64,000 bases of DNA from Gemmatimonadales bacterium. Its GTDB lineage: Bacteria > Gemmatimonadota > Gemmatimonadetes > Gemmatimonadales > GWC2-71-9. Shown one piece after another: positions 55,728-64,000 of the stretch. The translations under genes and the position numbers were made by a program. Position 1 is the first letter of the stretch. Every line of letters begins with the position of its first letter. The stretch lies in assembly GCA_037189525.1 (NCBI GenBank), contig JBBCJC010000005.1, forward strand, positions 480,001-544,000, read 5' to 3'. The notes under the pieces were generated by a model that was not told where the DNA came from, ran no database searches, and saw only the letters and a list, made by a program, of their open reading frames with translations.

Positions 55728-57749
55728 TCAGGGCGTCAGCGTCTCCTTCGGCATGACCCGGGCCGCCCAGAGGCCCGTGTTGAAGTCCGTAAAGAGCACG
55801 TGACCCTTCCACGGCATTGCGTTCATGACGAACGATGCGTTCGGCGTGAAGCCTTTCGGATCGTACGGCTTGAACACGGCAATCTCGCGGCCCTGATCGA
55901 CCAGATTGCCCATCAACTCACCCGACACATCGACCATCCGGACACCACCCTCGTAGTACGCCTGATAGAGGACGTCATCCTTGACGATGATGTCGTGCGC
56001 ACCGAAATCCTCGATATGGTAACGGCCCACCGGCATCGGCTTCATCGGATCGGTAAAGTCGACGATATGGACGTATCCGCCCGAGGTCTGCGGCACGCCA
56101 CCCGGCGTGGTCATCTCGTTCCGGTAGTTGGTACCGGCCCAGACGCGGTTGGCCCGATTCATCTCCTCGTCGCCGATGAACAGGTAGGTCCGCCCGGTCG
56201 ACTCCTGGAAGTACGGGAAGATTTCGTGGCCGCTGTTGACCGAGTACGACGTGATCAGCTTCGGCTTCTCCGGCGAACCGCCGTACTTGCCGTTCCCGAC
56301 GTCGACCACCACCGTGCCCGCCCCGCCCTGCGCCGAGTAGGCAATGCCGTCCCGAACCCAGAGATCGTGGATCCGCGCATTCGGGTGGCGATACTCGCTG
56401 ACGTACCTCGGCTTGTAGATGTCGCGCACGTCGATGATGACGTACTTGGCGCCGCCGGAGATGGCGTAGAGATAGTCCTCGGTGGCAAACATGTTGTGCA
56501 CACCACCGGTGAGTTCCTGCTCGAACGTCGACGCGATCTTGGGATGCGCCGGGGTGGCCAGATCGAGGATCACGACGCCGTTGACCCGGTTAGACGCGCC
56601 TTCGCGCGCCAGCACGCCATACCGCCCGTCGGGCGAGACGGTCACGTCGTTGATGGTCCGGGCATCGATCTTGATCGAGTCGGTCTTGACCACATTGTTG
56701 AGATCGGTGATGTCGAAGACGTATGCGTAGCCATCGCCGCCCCAGGTGCCGACCAGCGCGTAGTCCTTACCGTCTTTCCCCGTCCAGGGCCAGAGGTCGG
56801 AGGTATGCACGTGGTTGATGTTGCCGCGGCTGGTGATCTGGATCGGCCGCCGAGCGCTCCGCTCGACCACTTCCAGCGTCTTCTCGGCAAAGGCAGACCC
56901 GGAACGGGCCATGACGGTGTAGCGTCCCGGATGATTCGCGGCAAAGCGACCGAACTGGACGATACCCGAGCCGCCCGGCAGACCCGACGGCGCCACCGTG
57001 TCGGCGGGCACGTAGCTGTAACTCCAGGTTACCGGCGCATCGGTCACCTCTCGGCCGCCGGCGCCACGCGCCACGGCCTTGAGGTGGATCACGTCGCCCG
57101 TCCGCAAGGTCGAATCGGGCAGCGAGATCTCGAGCGCCGTCACCGGATGGGCGGTAACGGTATGGGTCAGCGTGGCCGAGGCGCCGGCATCCTGCGCCGT
57201 GATGGTGACGGTGCCGGCTTTGACACCGCGGACGTTGCCGAACCGGTCAACCGTCGCCACGGACGGGTCGGAACTGCGCCAGGTCGGGACCAGACCGGGC
57301 CGCTCGCTGCCATCGGCATGGAGGCCTTTGGCCCGGTGCGCCAGGGTCACACCGGTGTAGAGCTTGCCCTGTTCGGGCACGATCTCCAGCTTAGTAAGCT
57401 GAGGCCAGGTGACAGTGACCGGGATTTCCAGCATGACCGGATTTCCGCCAGCACCCTGGGCTGCAGCCGTCAGGGTGTGCGTGCCGGCGGCCAGAGCGTG
57501 GACCACACCATCGCTGTAGGCTACTGCGCGCCGAGTACCGAAGACCCGGACCTCGGGGTCGGCAATCTCCCGGCCCTGGGCATCGTAGGCCCGGATCCGG
57601 ATCCGGGTCGAATCGCCGGCCTGGATCCGCAGGGCAGTCGGTTCCGCCACCAGCTTCGCGACGGCCGCGCCTTGCGCCTGGAGGGGCGCCCCGATCAGGG
57701 GCAGGAGCAGCAGCGCTGTTGGGATGGCGCCAAAACGAGTTAGCTTCAT
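55728..57749 (-). CDS. Ig-like (Big_2) plus LVIVD-repeat secreted protein
   Basis: WRSSDPSVATVD; repeats GVVILDL, GTVVVDV, GVRMVDV with His-containing turns. Confidence 0.82.
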   Translation of the reverse strand: MKLTRFGAIPTALLLLPLIGAPLQAQGAAVAKLVAEPTALRIQAGDSTRIRIRAYDAQGREIADPEVRVFGTRRAVAYSDGVVHALAAGTHTLTAAAQGAGGNPVMLEIPVTVTWPQLTKLEIVPEQGKLYTGVTLAHRAKGLHADGSERPGLVPTWRSSDPSVATVDRFGNVRGVKAGTVTITAQDAGASATLTHTVTAHPVTALEISLPDSTLRTGDVIHLKAVARGAGGREVTDAPVTWSYSYVPADTVAPSGLPGGSGIVQFGRFAANHPGRYTVMARSGSAFAEKTLEVVERSARRPIQITSRGNINHVHTSDLWPWTGKDGKDYALVGTWGGDGYAYVFDITDLNNVVKTDSIKIDARTINDVTVSPDGRYGVLAREGASNRVNGVVILDLATPAHPKIASTFEQELTGGVHNMFATEDYLYAISGGAKYVIIDVRDIYKPRYVSEYRHPNARIHDLWVRDGIAYSAQGGAGTVVVDVGNGKYGGSPEKPKLITSYSVNSGHEIFPYFQESTGRTYLFIGDEEMNRANRVWAGTNYRNEMTTPGGVPQTSGGYVHIVDFTDPMKPMPVGRYHIEDFGAHDIIVKDDVLYQAYYEGGVRMVDVSGELMGNLVDQGREIAVFKPYDPKGFTPNASFVMNAMPWKGHVLFTDFNTGLWAARVMPKETLTP

Positions 57750-57808
57750 GCGAATGACTCCACGACGGGTGACGGACATCCGTAAAGATTGGCAAGGAAG
57801 GTGGAACG

Positions 57809-59059
57809 ATGCGGACGATTAGCCCTACGCGCAAGACGACGATTTCGTTGACCCTGCTCGGGACGCTGGCCGGACTGGCTGCCTTTGAGGCACCTGGCCT
57901 CGAAGCCCAGGCCGCGAAGCCCGCTCCCCCCAAGGCCACCTACTGGGCCTACGTCGGGGCCGAGTCGGCCGACCTGATCCATCGGATCCGGTTCGGACCG
58001 GAGGGCGCTTCGGTCGAAAAGACCATCGGCGTCGGCGAACTGGCCGCGGAAATGGAAGGTCCCCACGGCCTCGCCATCTCCCGCGACGGCAAGTACCTCC
58101 ATATGACGACCGGGCACGGCTTCCCGGACGGCAAGTACTGGCGCTACGAGCTGGGTCCGGACACGCTCGTGGGTCCGGGGGTCCTGCTAGGCAACTTCCC
58201 GGCCTCGATCGACATCTCGCCGGACGGGCTCTACGCGCTTGCTGCGAACTTCAACCTGCACGGCGACATGGTCCCGTCGTCGTTCTCGGTGGTCTACACG
58301 CCGACCCACACCGAGGTCACCCGGATCATCACCTGCACCATGCCGCATGGCAGCCGGATCGATGCGAGCGGCCGCTTCCACTACTCCGGTTGCATGATGG
58401 ACGACCAGCTGGTGGAAATCGATACCCGCAAGTTCGAAGTCTCGCGGCGGTTCTCGGTCGCCAAGGGCAAGGAAGGCCCCCTGCCGGTCGACGCCCGCGG
58501 CGCGATGGCTGCGCATATGCACAGCGGTCATGCCCCGGCCCGGCCCGGCACCGAGGTCGACCCCGCCGATGTCGGCTACCAGGGCATGCGGCACGCCATG
58601 GAGCCGCAGAGCTGCTCACCGACCTGGGCGCAGCCGTCGCCGGATGGCGCCAAGATCTACGTCGCCTGCAACAAGTCGGACGAGATCCTGGAAGTGGACA
58701 ACGGCAAGTGGGCCGTGGCGCGCCGGTTCCCGACCGGTCGCGGACCGTACAACCTGGCCACCTCGCCCGACGGCAAGCTGCTGGTCATCACCCTCAAGCA
58801 GGGCGCGGGCGTCGAAGTGATCGACCTCACGACCGGCAAGCAGGCCGCCAAGTTCACCAGCTCGACGACGGTGACGCACGGCGTCGCCATCAGCTCCGAC
58901 TCGCGCTATGCCTTCATCAGCAACGAGGGCAAGGGCGCCGAGCCGGGTAAGGTCGACATCTACGACCTGCAGGCATTCGCCAAAGTCGGGACCGTCGACG
59001 TCGGCCAGCAGGCGGGCGGCATCGCATTCTGGAAGATGGAGCCGGCCGCCGGCAAATAG
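57809..59059 (+). CDS. YncE-family beta-propeller protein
   Basis: Signal peptide, GPHGLAISRDG, PYNLATSPDG, HGVAISSDS repeats. Confidence 0.82.
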   Translation: MRTISPTRKTTISLTLLGTLAGLAAFEAPGLEAQAAKPAPPKATYWAYVGAESADLIHRIRFGPEGASVEKTIGVGELAAEMEGPHGLAISRDGKYLHMTTGHGFPDGKYWRYELGPDTLVGPGVLLGNFPASIDISPDGLYALAANFNLHGDMVPSSFSVVYTPTHTEVTRIITCTMPHGSRIDASGRFHYSGCMMDDQLVEIDTRKFEVSRRFSVAKGKEGPLPVDARGAMAAHMHSGHAPARPGTEVDPADVGYQGMRHAMEPQSCSPTWAQPSPDGAKIYVACNKSDEILEVDNGKWAVARRFPTGRGPYNLATSPDGKLLVITLKQGAGVEVIDLTTGKQAAKFTSSTTVTHGVAISSDSRYAFISNEGKGAEPGKVDIYDLQAFAKVGTVDVGQQAGGIAFWKMEPAAGK

Positions 59060-59102
59060 CGCATCGGCACCGCGGCACCGTCGCGGCAGGCAATCTGGTC
59101 GC

Positions 59103-59138
59103 GAACGGCGGGCTTCTTTTCGGCCCGCCGTTCCGTTT
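59103..59138 (+). terminator. Terminator-like hairpin after the YncE gene
   Basis: GAACGGCGGGC / GCCCGCCGTTC then CGTTT. Confidence 0.55.
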
Positions 59139-59159
59139 CACATCGGTCGGAGATTCCCC

Positions 59160-61034
59160 ATGTCCATCACCCTGCTCCGCCGCCGGCTCGGCACGGCGCT
59201 GTTGCTCCTCTTTGGACCGATCGCTCTGGCTGCCCAGGCCCCGTTCGACGTGACCGAACGCTCGGTCCGGGAACTCCAGACCGCGCTCACCGCGGGCACA
59301 GTCACCTCGGTGGCGCTGGTCGATGCGTACCTTGCGAGGATCGCGGCGTACGATATCGGCGGCCCCGGCCTCAACAGCGTCATCCGCCAGAATGCCTCGG
59401 CCCGCGTCGATGCAGCGCGGCTCGACGCCGAACGGCGCGCCGGCCGGGTTCGGGGGCCGCTGCACGGGATTCCGATCCTCCTCAAGGACAACTTCGACAC
59501 GGCCGACGCGCCGACCAGCGGGTCGTCGCTGGCCCTGGCCACCCTGCGCCCCCGATCCGACGCCTTCATCGTCCAGCGCCTCCGCGAGGCGGGCGCCATC
59601 ATTCTCGGCAAGACCAACATGCACGAGCTGGCGGCCGGCATCACCACCATCTCATCGCTTGGCGGGCAGACGCGCAATCCGTACGACCCGCGCCGCTGCC
59701 CCGGCGGGTCGAGCGGCGGCACCGGCGTGGCCATTGCCGCCAGCTTTGCCGCCATCGGTTGGGGCAGCGACACCTGCGGATCGATCCGGATCCCGGCCGC
59801 GTACAATAGCCTCTTCGGACTCCGGCCCACCCAGGGCCTGGTGAGCCGGACCGGCGTGGTGCCGTTGTCGCACACGCAGGACATTGCCGGCCCGCTGGCC
59901 CGAACGGCTGCGGACCTGGCGATTGCGCTCGAACTGAGCGCCGGATTCGATCCGGCCGATTCGACTACGGCATCCCTCGCCAACCGGCCGCCGTTCCGCT
60001 TCGTGGCCGCGGTCGATTCCGCTTCGCTGCGCGGCGTCCGGCTCGGGATGCTGACCTCGCTGATCGAAGGCGCCGACGCCGATATTCGTGATACCGTGCG
60101 AGCCGCCGCCCAGGTCATGGCACAGCACGGCGCCGAACTGGTCCCGGTTGCCATTCCCGAACTCGATGCCCTGATGCGGACCTCAGCCGTACTCAACTTC
60201 GAGACCAAATTCGACCTGGCGGAATATCTGAGCCGAGTTCCGGGGGCTCCGGTTGCTACGCTGAACGAGATTCTCGATCGCGGTCTCTACCACGACGCGA
60301 TGGAGGGCCGGTTTCGGCGGATCGACACGGTCTCGTCGGCGGACAGCGATCCCTATCGCCAGGCGCTGGCAGCCCGCGCCGTCCTTCGCGAGCGGCTCGT
60401 GGCCGTCCTCGACAGCCTCCGGCTCGACGCGCTGGTCTATCCGACGATGCAGCGCCGCCCCGTCCTGGTGGGCGATCCGCAGATGGGCGGCACCTGCCAG
60501 CTGAGCGCCAATTCGGGCCTGCCGGCGTTGAGCGCGCCGGCCGGCTTCACCAATGACGGCCTTCCCGTCGCCTACGAAATGCTCGGGCGGCCGTATGACG
60601 ACGTCCGCTTGGTGGCCATTGCCGCCGCATTCGAGCGGGTCGGGCCGCGTCGTCGTTCGCCGCCCAATACACCGGCGCTGGTGCGTGGACGCGCGCCAGC
60701 CGCGCATACCTTCACCACCCAGGGCGGCAGTGGAGCCGGTCGCACCGCCGGCGAGTTCAGCTTCGAGCCCGCGACCGGAGAACTCCGCTATCGGATTCGG
60801 ATATCCGGCGTCGCAGCCGATCAGGTCCACGCTGTCGTGCTCCGCCGCAATGATGGAGGACGACCGGGACCGGTCATCGAACGGCTGGTACGGGCCGGCA
60901 CCCTGAACGGCGAAGGGACGATGACGCTGGTTGGCGTGAACCGGTCGGCGCTCGAAACGGGCGGGCTTTCGATCGAACTCTTTACCACCCAGGCGCCCTT
61001 GGGAACGGCAGCGGCCACGCTCTCGATCCGCTGA
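59160..61034 (+). CDS. Amidase signature family enzyme with C-terminal extra (CHRD-like) domain
   Basis: LHGIPILLKDN, GKTNMHE, GGSSGG, GSDTCGSIRIPA. Confidence 0.9.
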   Translation: MSITLLRRRLGTALLLLFGPIALAAQAPFDVTERSVRELQTALTAGTVTSVALVDAYLARIAAYDIGGPGLNSVIRQNASARVDAARLDAERRAGRVRGPLHGIPILLKDNFDTADAPTSGSSLALATLRPRSDAFIVQRLREAGAIILGKTNMHELAAGITTISSLGGQTRNPYDPRRCPGGSSGGTGVAIAASFAAIGWGSDTCGSIRIPAAYNSLFGLRPTQGLVSRTGVVPLSHTQDIAGPLARTAADLAIALELSAGFDPADSTTASLANRPPFRFVAAVDSASLRGVRLGMLTSLIEGADADIRDTVRAAAQVMAQHGAELVPVAIPELDALMRTSAVLNFETKFDLAEYLSRVPGAPVATLNEILDRGLYHDAMEGRFRRIDTVSSADSDPYRQALAARAVLRERLVAVLDSLRLDALVYPTMQRRPVLVGDPQMGGTCQLSANSGLPALSAPAGFTNDGLPVAYEMLGRPYDDVRLVAIAAAFERVGPRRRSPPNTPALVRGRAPAAHTFTTQGGSGAGRTAGEFSFEPATGELRYRIRISGVAADQVHAVVLRRNDGGRPGPVIERLVRAGTLNGEGTMTLVGVNRSALETGGLSIELFTTQAPLGTAAATLSIR

Positions 61035-61139
61035 GGGGTACTCGGCGCCGGCGAGCGGCGTGATTGCCGCCCGCCGGACGTGAGCCAGACCGGCATGGTT
61101 CTGCGCGTGACTGGGTGACTCCTCACGCGCAGGTCGATT

Positions 61140-63557
61140 TTGGTCACACGTCCCTTCGTCCAACCCGGGCGCCTCGTCACGGCGGCGCTCGTATCTCTAA
61201 TGCTGGCCGGCTGCGGCTCGAGCCAGACCACGAACCCGAACCCGCCGGCACCGCCACCCCCTCCACCTCCTCCACCACCACCCGCCGCGCCGACGATCGC
61301 GCTCTCCAGCCCGACCATCGAGCTCAAGGGCGTCGGGACGACCGGCACGCTCACGGCGACGATCACGCCGAGCACCGCGACGGTCACCTGGACGGTAGAC
61401 AAGCCCGCCGTGGCCACCGTGGCCGGCGCTGGGATCAATGCCACCGTCACGGCGGTCGGAGCCGGAACGGCTCAGATCACCGCAACGGCCACGAATAGCG
61501 GCCAGACCGCCAGCGCCCACACGACGATCACGGTCGTGCCCGGCATCCGCGCCGTGAGCATCGAGCCCGCGCTGGACACGATTGCCATCGGCGGCACTCG
61601 CACCTTCACCGCCAGTGTGGAAGCCGACTCCGGCGCCGCGGTCGACGTGACATGGCGTTCGAGCGCACCAGCCGTGGCGACGATCGGCAGCGGAGGTACC
61701 GTAACCGCGCTGGCGGCGGGGACGACGACGATCACCGTGCTATCGACCGCCGATACGACCAAACGCGCCTCGGCCACGCTGGTCGTTCGCAGCGGACCAA
61801 CCTTTCCGCTCTCCTGGAGCGAAACCGAAGACGGGATCATCGGCGGATCGGCGTCGCCGACGTTCAACGAGTACGCCAGCCGCCCCGACGGCCTGGTGTA
61901 TGCCGTCGGCAATGCAGGCGCCCTCGCCTCTCGCCCCCCGGGCGGCGAGTGGACTACGATTGCGACACCCGTCGGCACCGATCTGACGCGCATATCCGCA
62001 CCAAGCAATGACTCCGCCTGGGCGGCCGGCGCGGACGGCGTCATTCTCGCCCGTCGCGGCGACAGCTGGGTGGTCGAGCCGACCGGCATCACGGATCCGA
62101 TCCTCTCGCTGGCGATGCGGGCCAACGGCACGGGGTTCGCACTCGCGCGCAGTACCGGTAACCCGTCGATCGTGCTCGAGCGCTCGGGCGGCGTGTGGAG
62201 CCCGATTACCGTCCCCGCCGCGTCGGCGTTCAGTCGCGTGGGCAACCTCTCCGTCGCGGGGAATACGGTCTATGCCTACGCGTCAACCAATGCCGGGGCT
62301 CCGGGCGGCATCCTCTTCCGCCGCACCGGCACGGCCTGGAGCACCACGTCGGGGGCCACGAGCACACCGAACGGTTCGACCGTGCTGGCGCTGTCGGACA
62401 CGGACGCGCTGGTCGCCGGCGAAGCGCCGATCGGCACTGCCAGTATCTGGCGGGTAAGCAACACTACCTGGCAGCGGGAGTGGGTGAGCCCGGTCCCCAG
62501 CACCGCCAACTTCGCCAATCGGTTCATCCGCTGCACGGACGGCAGTATCATGGCCGGCACGTCGCATCGCGTGACCGTGTTCCGCACCGGCACGAGTTGG
62601 ACCGAACACCAGGCGCTGGCATTCCCCGGCATCGGACACGGCGCGGGTGTCCCGCTGACATGCCGCTCCTCGTCGGATTGGGACTATGAGAACGGACGCG
62701 TGGTCGGCTCGACGGTGACTGTCGAATCCTTCCGTCTCGGCAATGGCTCGGCACGGGTCAGCGCGGGTCCGTCGCGCGCGTTCATCACCGGCAGCAATAC
62801 CAATCGTGCGCTCGTCTGGGACGGCGTGATCTGGAAACCGCTGTTCATTCCTTCGTCGAGTTTCAATCTCAACTTCGGACCCTCATTTGCCGTCACCGGG
62901 CCGAACTCGGCTCGCGCTATTGCCACCGAGTGGGTCGGGACCTGGAACGGGGCGGCGTGGAGTTGGACGACGCTGTCCATTCCCGGGCGCGCCATGTGGG
63001 CGTCCGGTCCGAATGACGTCTGGGCCGTCGGGAGCCGGGGTTCCGGCATCCCGTCCATTCCGGCCATCCACCGGTATACCGGTTCCTGGCAGCCACAGGT
63101 ACCGTCCGCTCTCGACATCACGGCGTTGAACGTGCACGGCACCGGGCCCGGGATCATCTTTGCCAATACGCCAAGGACGATGCTCCGCTCCACCCCGGCC
63201 GGGATCCTCGAGGATCAGGTCGACCAGCGCGGATCGTCGACCCTTGCGGACGTCGTTGCGTTTTCCGCAACCTCCGCAATCGCGGTGGGAACTTCGGGGT
63301 ACGTCGCCCGATACGACGGAGAGCGTTGGGCCCGGCTCGCGTCGCCCACGGCGGAGAACTTCGTGAGTGTGACGGGACGCAGCCCTACCGAGGTGTATGC
63401 CTTCACCGACCAGGGCAAGCTCTATGGTTTCGACGGCACCGATTGGGCTCTGATCCGTGCGTTCAGCCGGCCGGTCCGACATGCGCGGCTTGCGGGCAAT
63501 CTGATCATCGGCGCCGGCGACGACGGCCTGATCGTCTACGGCAGGCCGTTGCAATAA
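61140..63557 (+). CDS. Surface lipoprotein with two Ig-like (Big_2) domains and beta-propeller repeats
   Basis: Lipobox LAGC, poly-Pro linker, WRSSAPAVATI, repeated VWAVG / YAVG...W motifs. Confidence 0.78.
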   Translation: MVTRPFVQPGRLVTAALVSLMLAGCGSSQTTNPNPPAPPPPPPPPPPPAAPTIALSSPTIELKGVGTTGTLTATITPSTATVTWTVDKPAVATVAGAGINATVTAVGAGTAQITATATNSGQTASAHTTITVVPGIRAVSIEPALDTIAIGGTRTFTASVEADSGAAVDVTWRSSAPAVATIGSGGTVTALAAGTTTITVLSTADTTKRASATLVVRSGPTFPLSWSETEDGIIGGSASPTFNEYASRPDGLVYAVGNAGALASRPPGGEWTTIATPVGTDLTRISAPSNDSAWAAGADGVILARRGDSWVVEPTGITDPILSLAMRANGTGFALARSTGNPSIVLERSGGVWSPITVPAASAFSRVGNLSVAGNTVYAYASTNAGAPGGILFRRTGTAWSTTSGATSTPNGSTVLALSDTDALVAGEAPIGTASIWRVSNTTWQREWVSPVPSTANFANRFIRCTDGSIMAGTSHRVTVFRTGTSWTEHQALAFPGIGHGAGVPLTCRSSSDWDYENGRVVGSTVTVESFRLGNGSARVSAGPSRAFITGSNTNRALVWDGVIWKPLFIPSSSFNLNFGPSFAVTGPNSARAIATEWVGTWNGAAWSWTTLSIPGRAMWASGPNDVWAVGSRGSGIPSIPAIHRYTGSWQPQVPSALDITALNVHGTGPGIIFANTPRTMLRSTPAGILEDQVDQRGSSTLADVVAFSATSAIAVGTSGYVARYDGERWARLASPTAENFVSVTGRSPTEVYAFTDQGKLYGFDGTDWALIRAFSRPVRHARLAGNLIIGAGDDGLIVYGRPLQ

Positions 63558-63734
63558 CACACCAGGCACGGACACGTCGCGGCGCTCCCTCGGGGTGCTC
63601 GGGCGTCCTGCCCTCGCGCGATGCGGAGATGTGGCGTAGCTTCAAAACGGGCGGTGAGAGAAGCCGTTGCACCTACTGTGACGGTCATCGATCCCGTTCT
63701 GCCGTAGTCCACTTCGAACCGCACGGAGACGACC

Positions 63735-64000
63735 ATGACGACTGCATCTCGACCGGAGACCGCCACGCTGCCGGAACTCGCGGCCAGTTATACGCCCGCG
63801 ATCCCGATCCGTGCCCGATACGACAACTGGATCGCCGGCGAGTACGTGCCGCCGGCCCGGGGGCAATACTTCGTCAATCCGTCGCCGATCACCGGACAAC
63901 CGCTCTGTGAGGTGGCGCGTTCGACGCACGAAGACGTCGATCGCGCTCTCGATGCCGCGCATGCCGCCGCGGTGAGTTGGAACACCACGTCCCCCACCTA
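63735..64000 (+). CDS. Aldehyde dehydrogenase (AldB-like), truncated by the window end
   Basis: GGAG RBS; RYDNWIAGEYVPP...YFVNPSPITG...EVARSTHEDVDRALDAAHAA. Confidence 0.88.
   Translation, partial: MTTASRPETATLPELAASYTPAIPIRARYDNWIAGEYVPPARGQYFVNPSPITGQPLCEVARSTHEDVDRALDAAHAAAVSWNTTSPT

Noticed and set aside
61240..61290. CCN repeat tract as a contingency locus
   Set aside because: Mixed synonymous codons encode a poly-Pro linker; it is not a pure slippage repeat.

Overview
High-GC bacterial chromosomal window. Gene content (lipoprotein-type clade II nosZ, ADOP permease with PadR, many beta-propeller and Ig-domain lipoproteins) suggests Gemmatimonadota; this is an inference. About 55 CDSs and one tRNA-Cys(GCA) can be supported. 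No IS element, prophage or CRISPR array is visible. Main blocks: an RND/TolC efflux start with an OmpR-type two-component system; a sigma54 (NtrC-type) two-component system next to its probable target promoter; an ATP-grasp/LLM-monooxygenase/OYE cluster; a Mo-oxidoreductase/cytochrome b/amidohydrolase/patatin operon; a clade II nitrous oxide reductase cluster (nosZ-B-L-D-F-Y plus cupredoxin) with a Crp/Fnr regulator and three TGTGAC-N4-GTCACA-type boxes; padR-ADOP permease; glutamate dehydrogenase; and a DsbD-N/TlpA/tRNA-Cys unit. The most striking signal is not called in the ORF track: three separate intergenic regions each hold a short cysteine-rich leader ORF (5072-5152, 22514-22612, 53820-53891). 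Two show complete alternative protector/antiterminator/terminator pairings, and one is leaderless behind a near-consensus sigma70 promoter. Together they suggest a cysteine-sensing ribosome-mediated attenuation regulon. Its targets would be a phenylalanine-hydroxylase-like protein lacking an iron ligand, a probable organosulfur-scavenging operon, and a thiol-redox operon ending in tRNA-Cys itself. All calls are by eye from motifs and base-pairing; no database searches or folding calculations were run.
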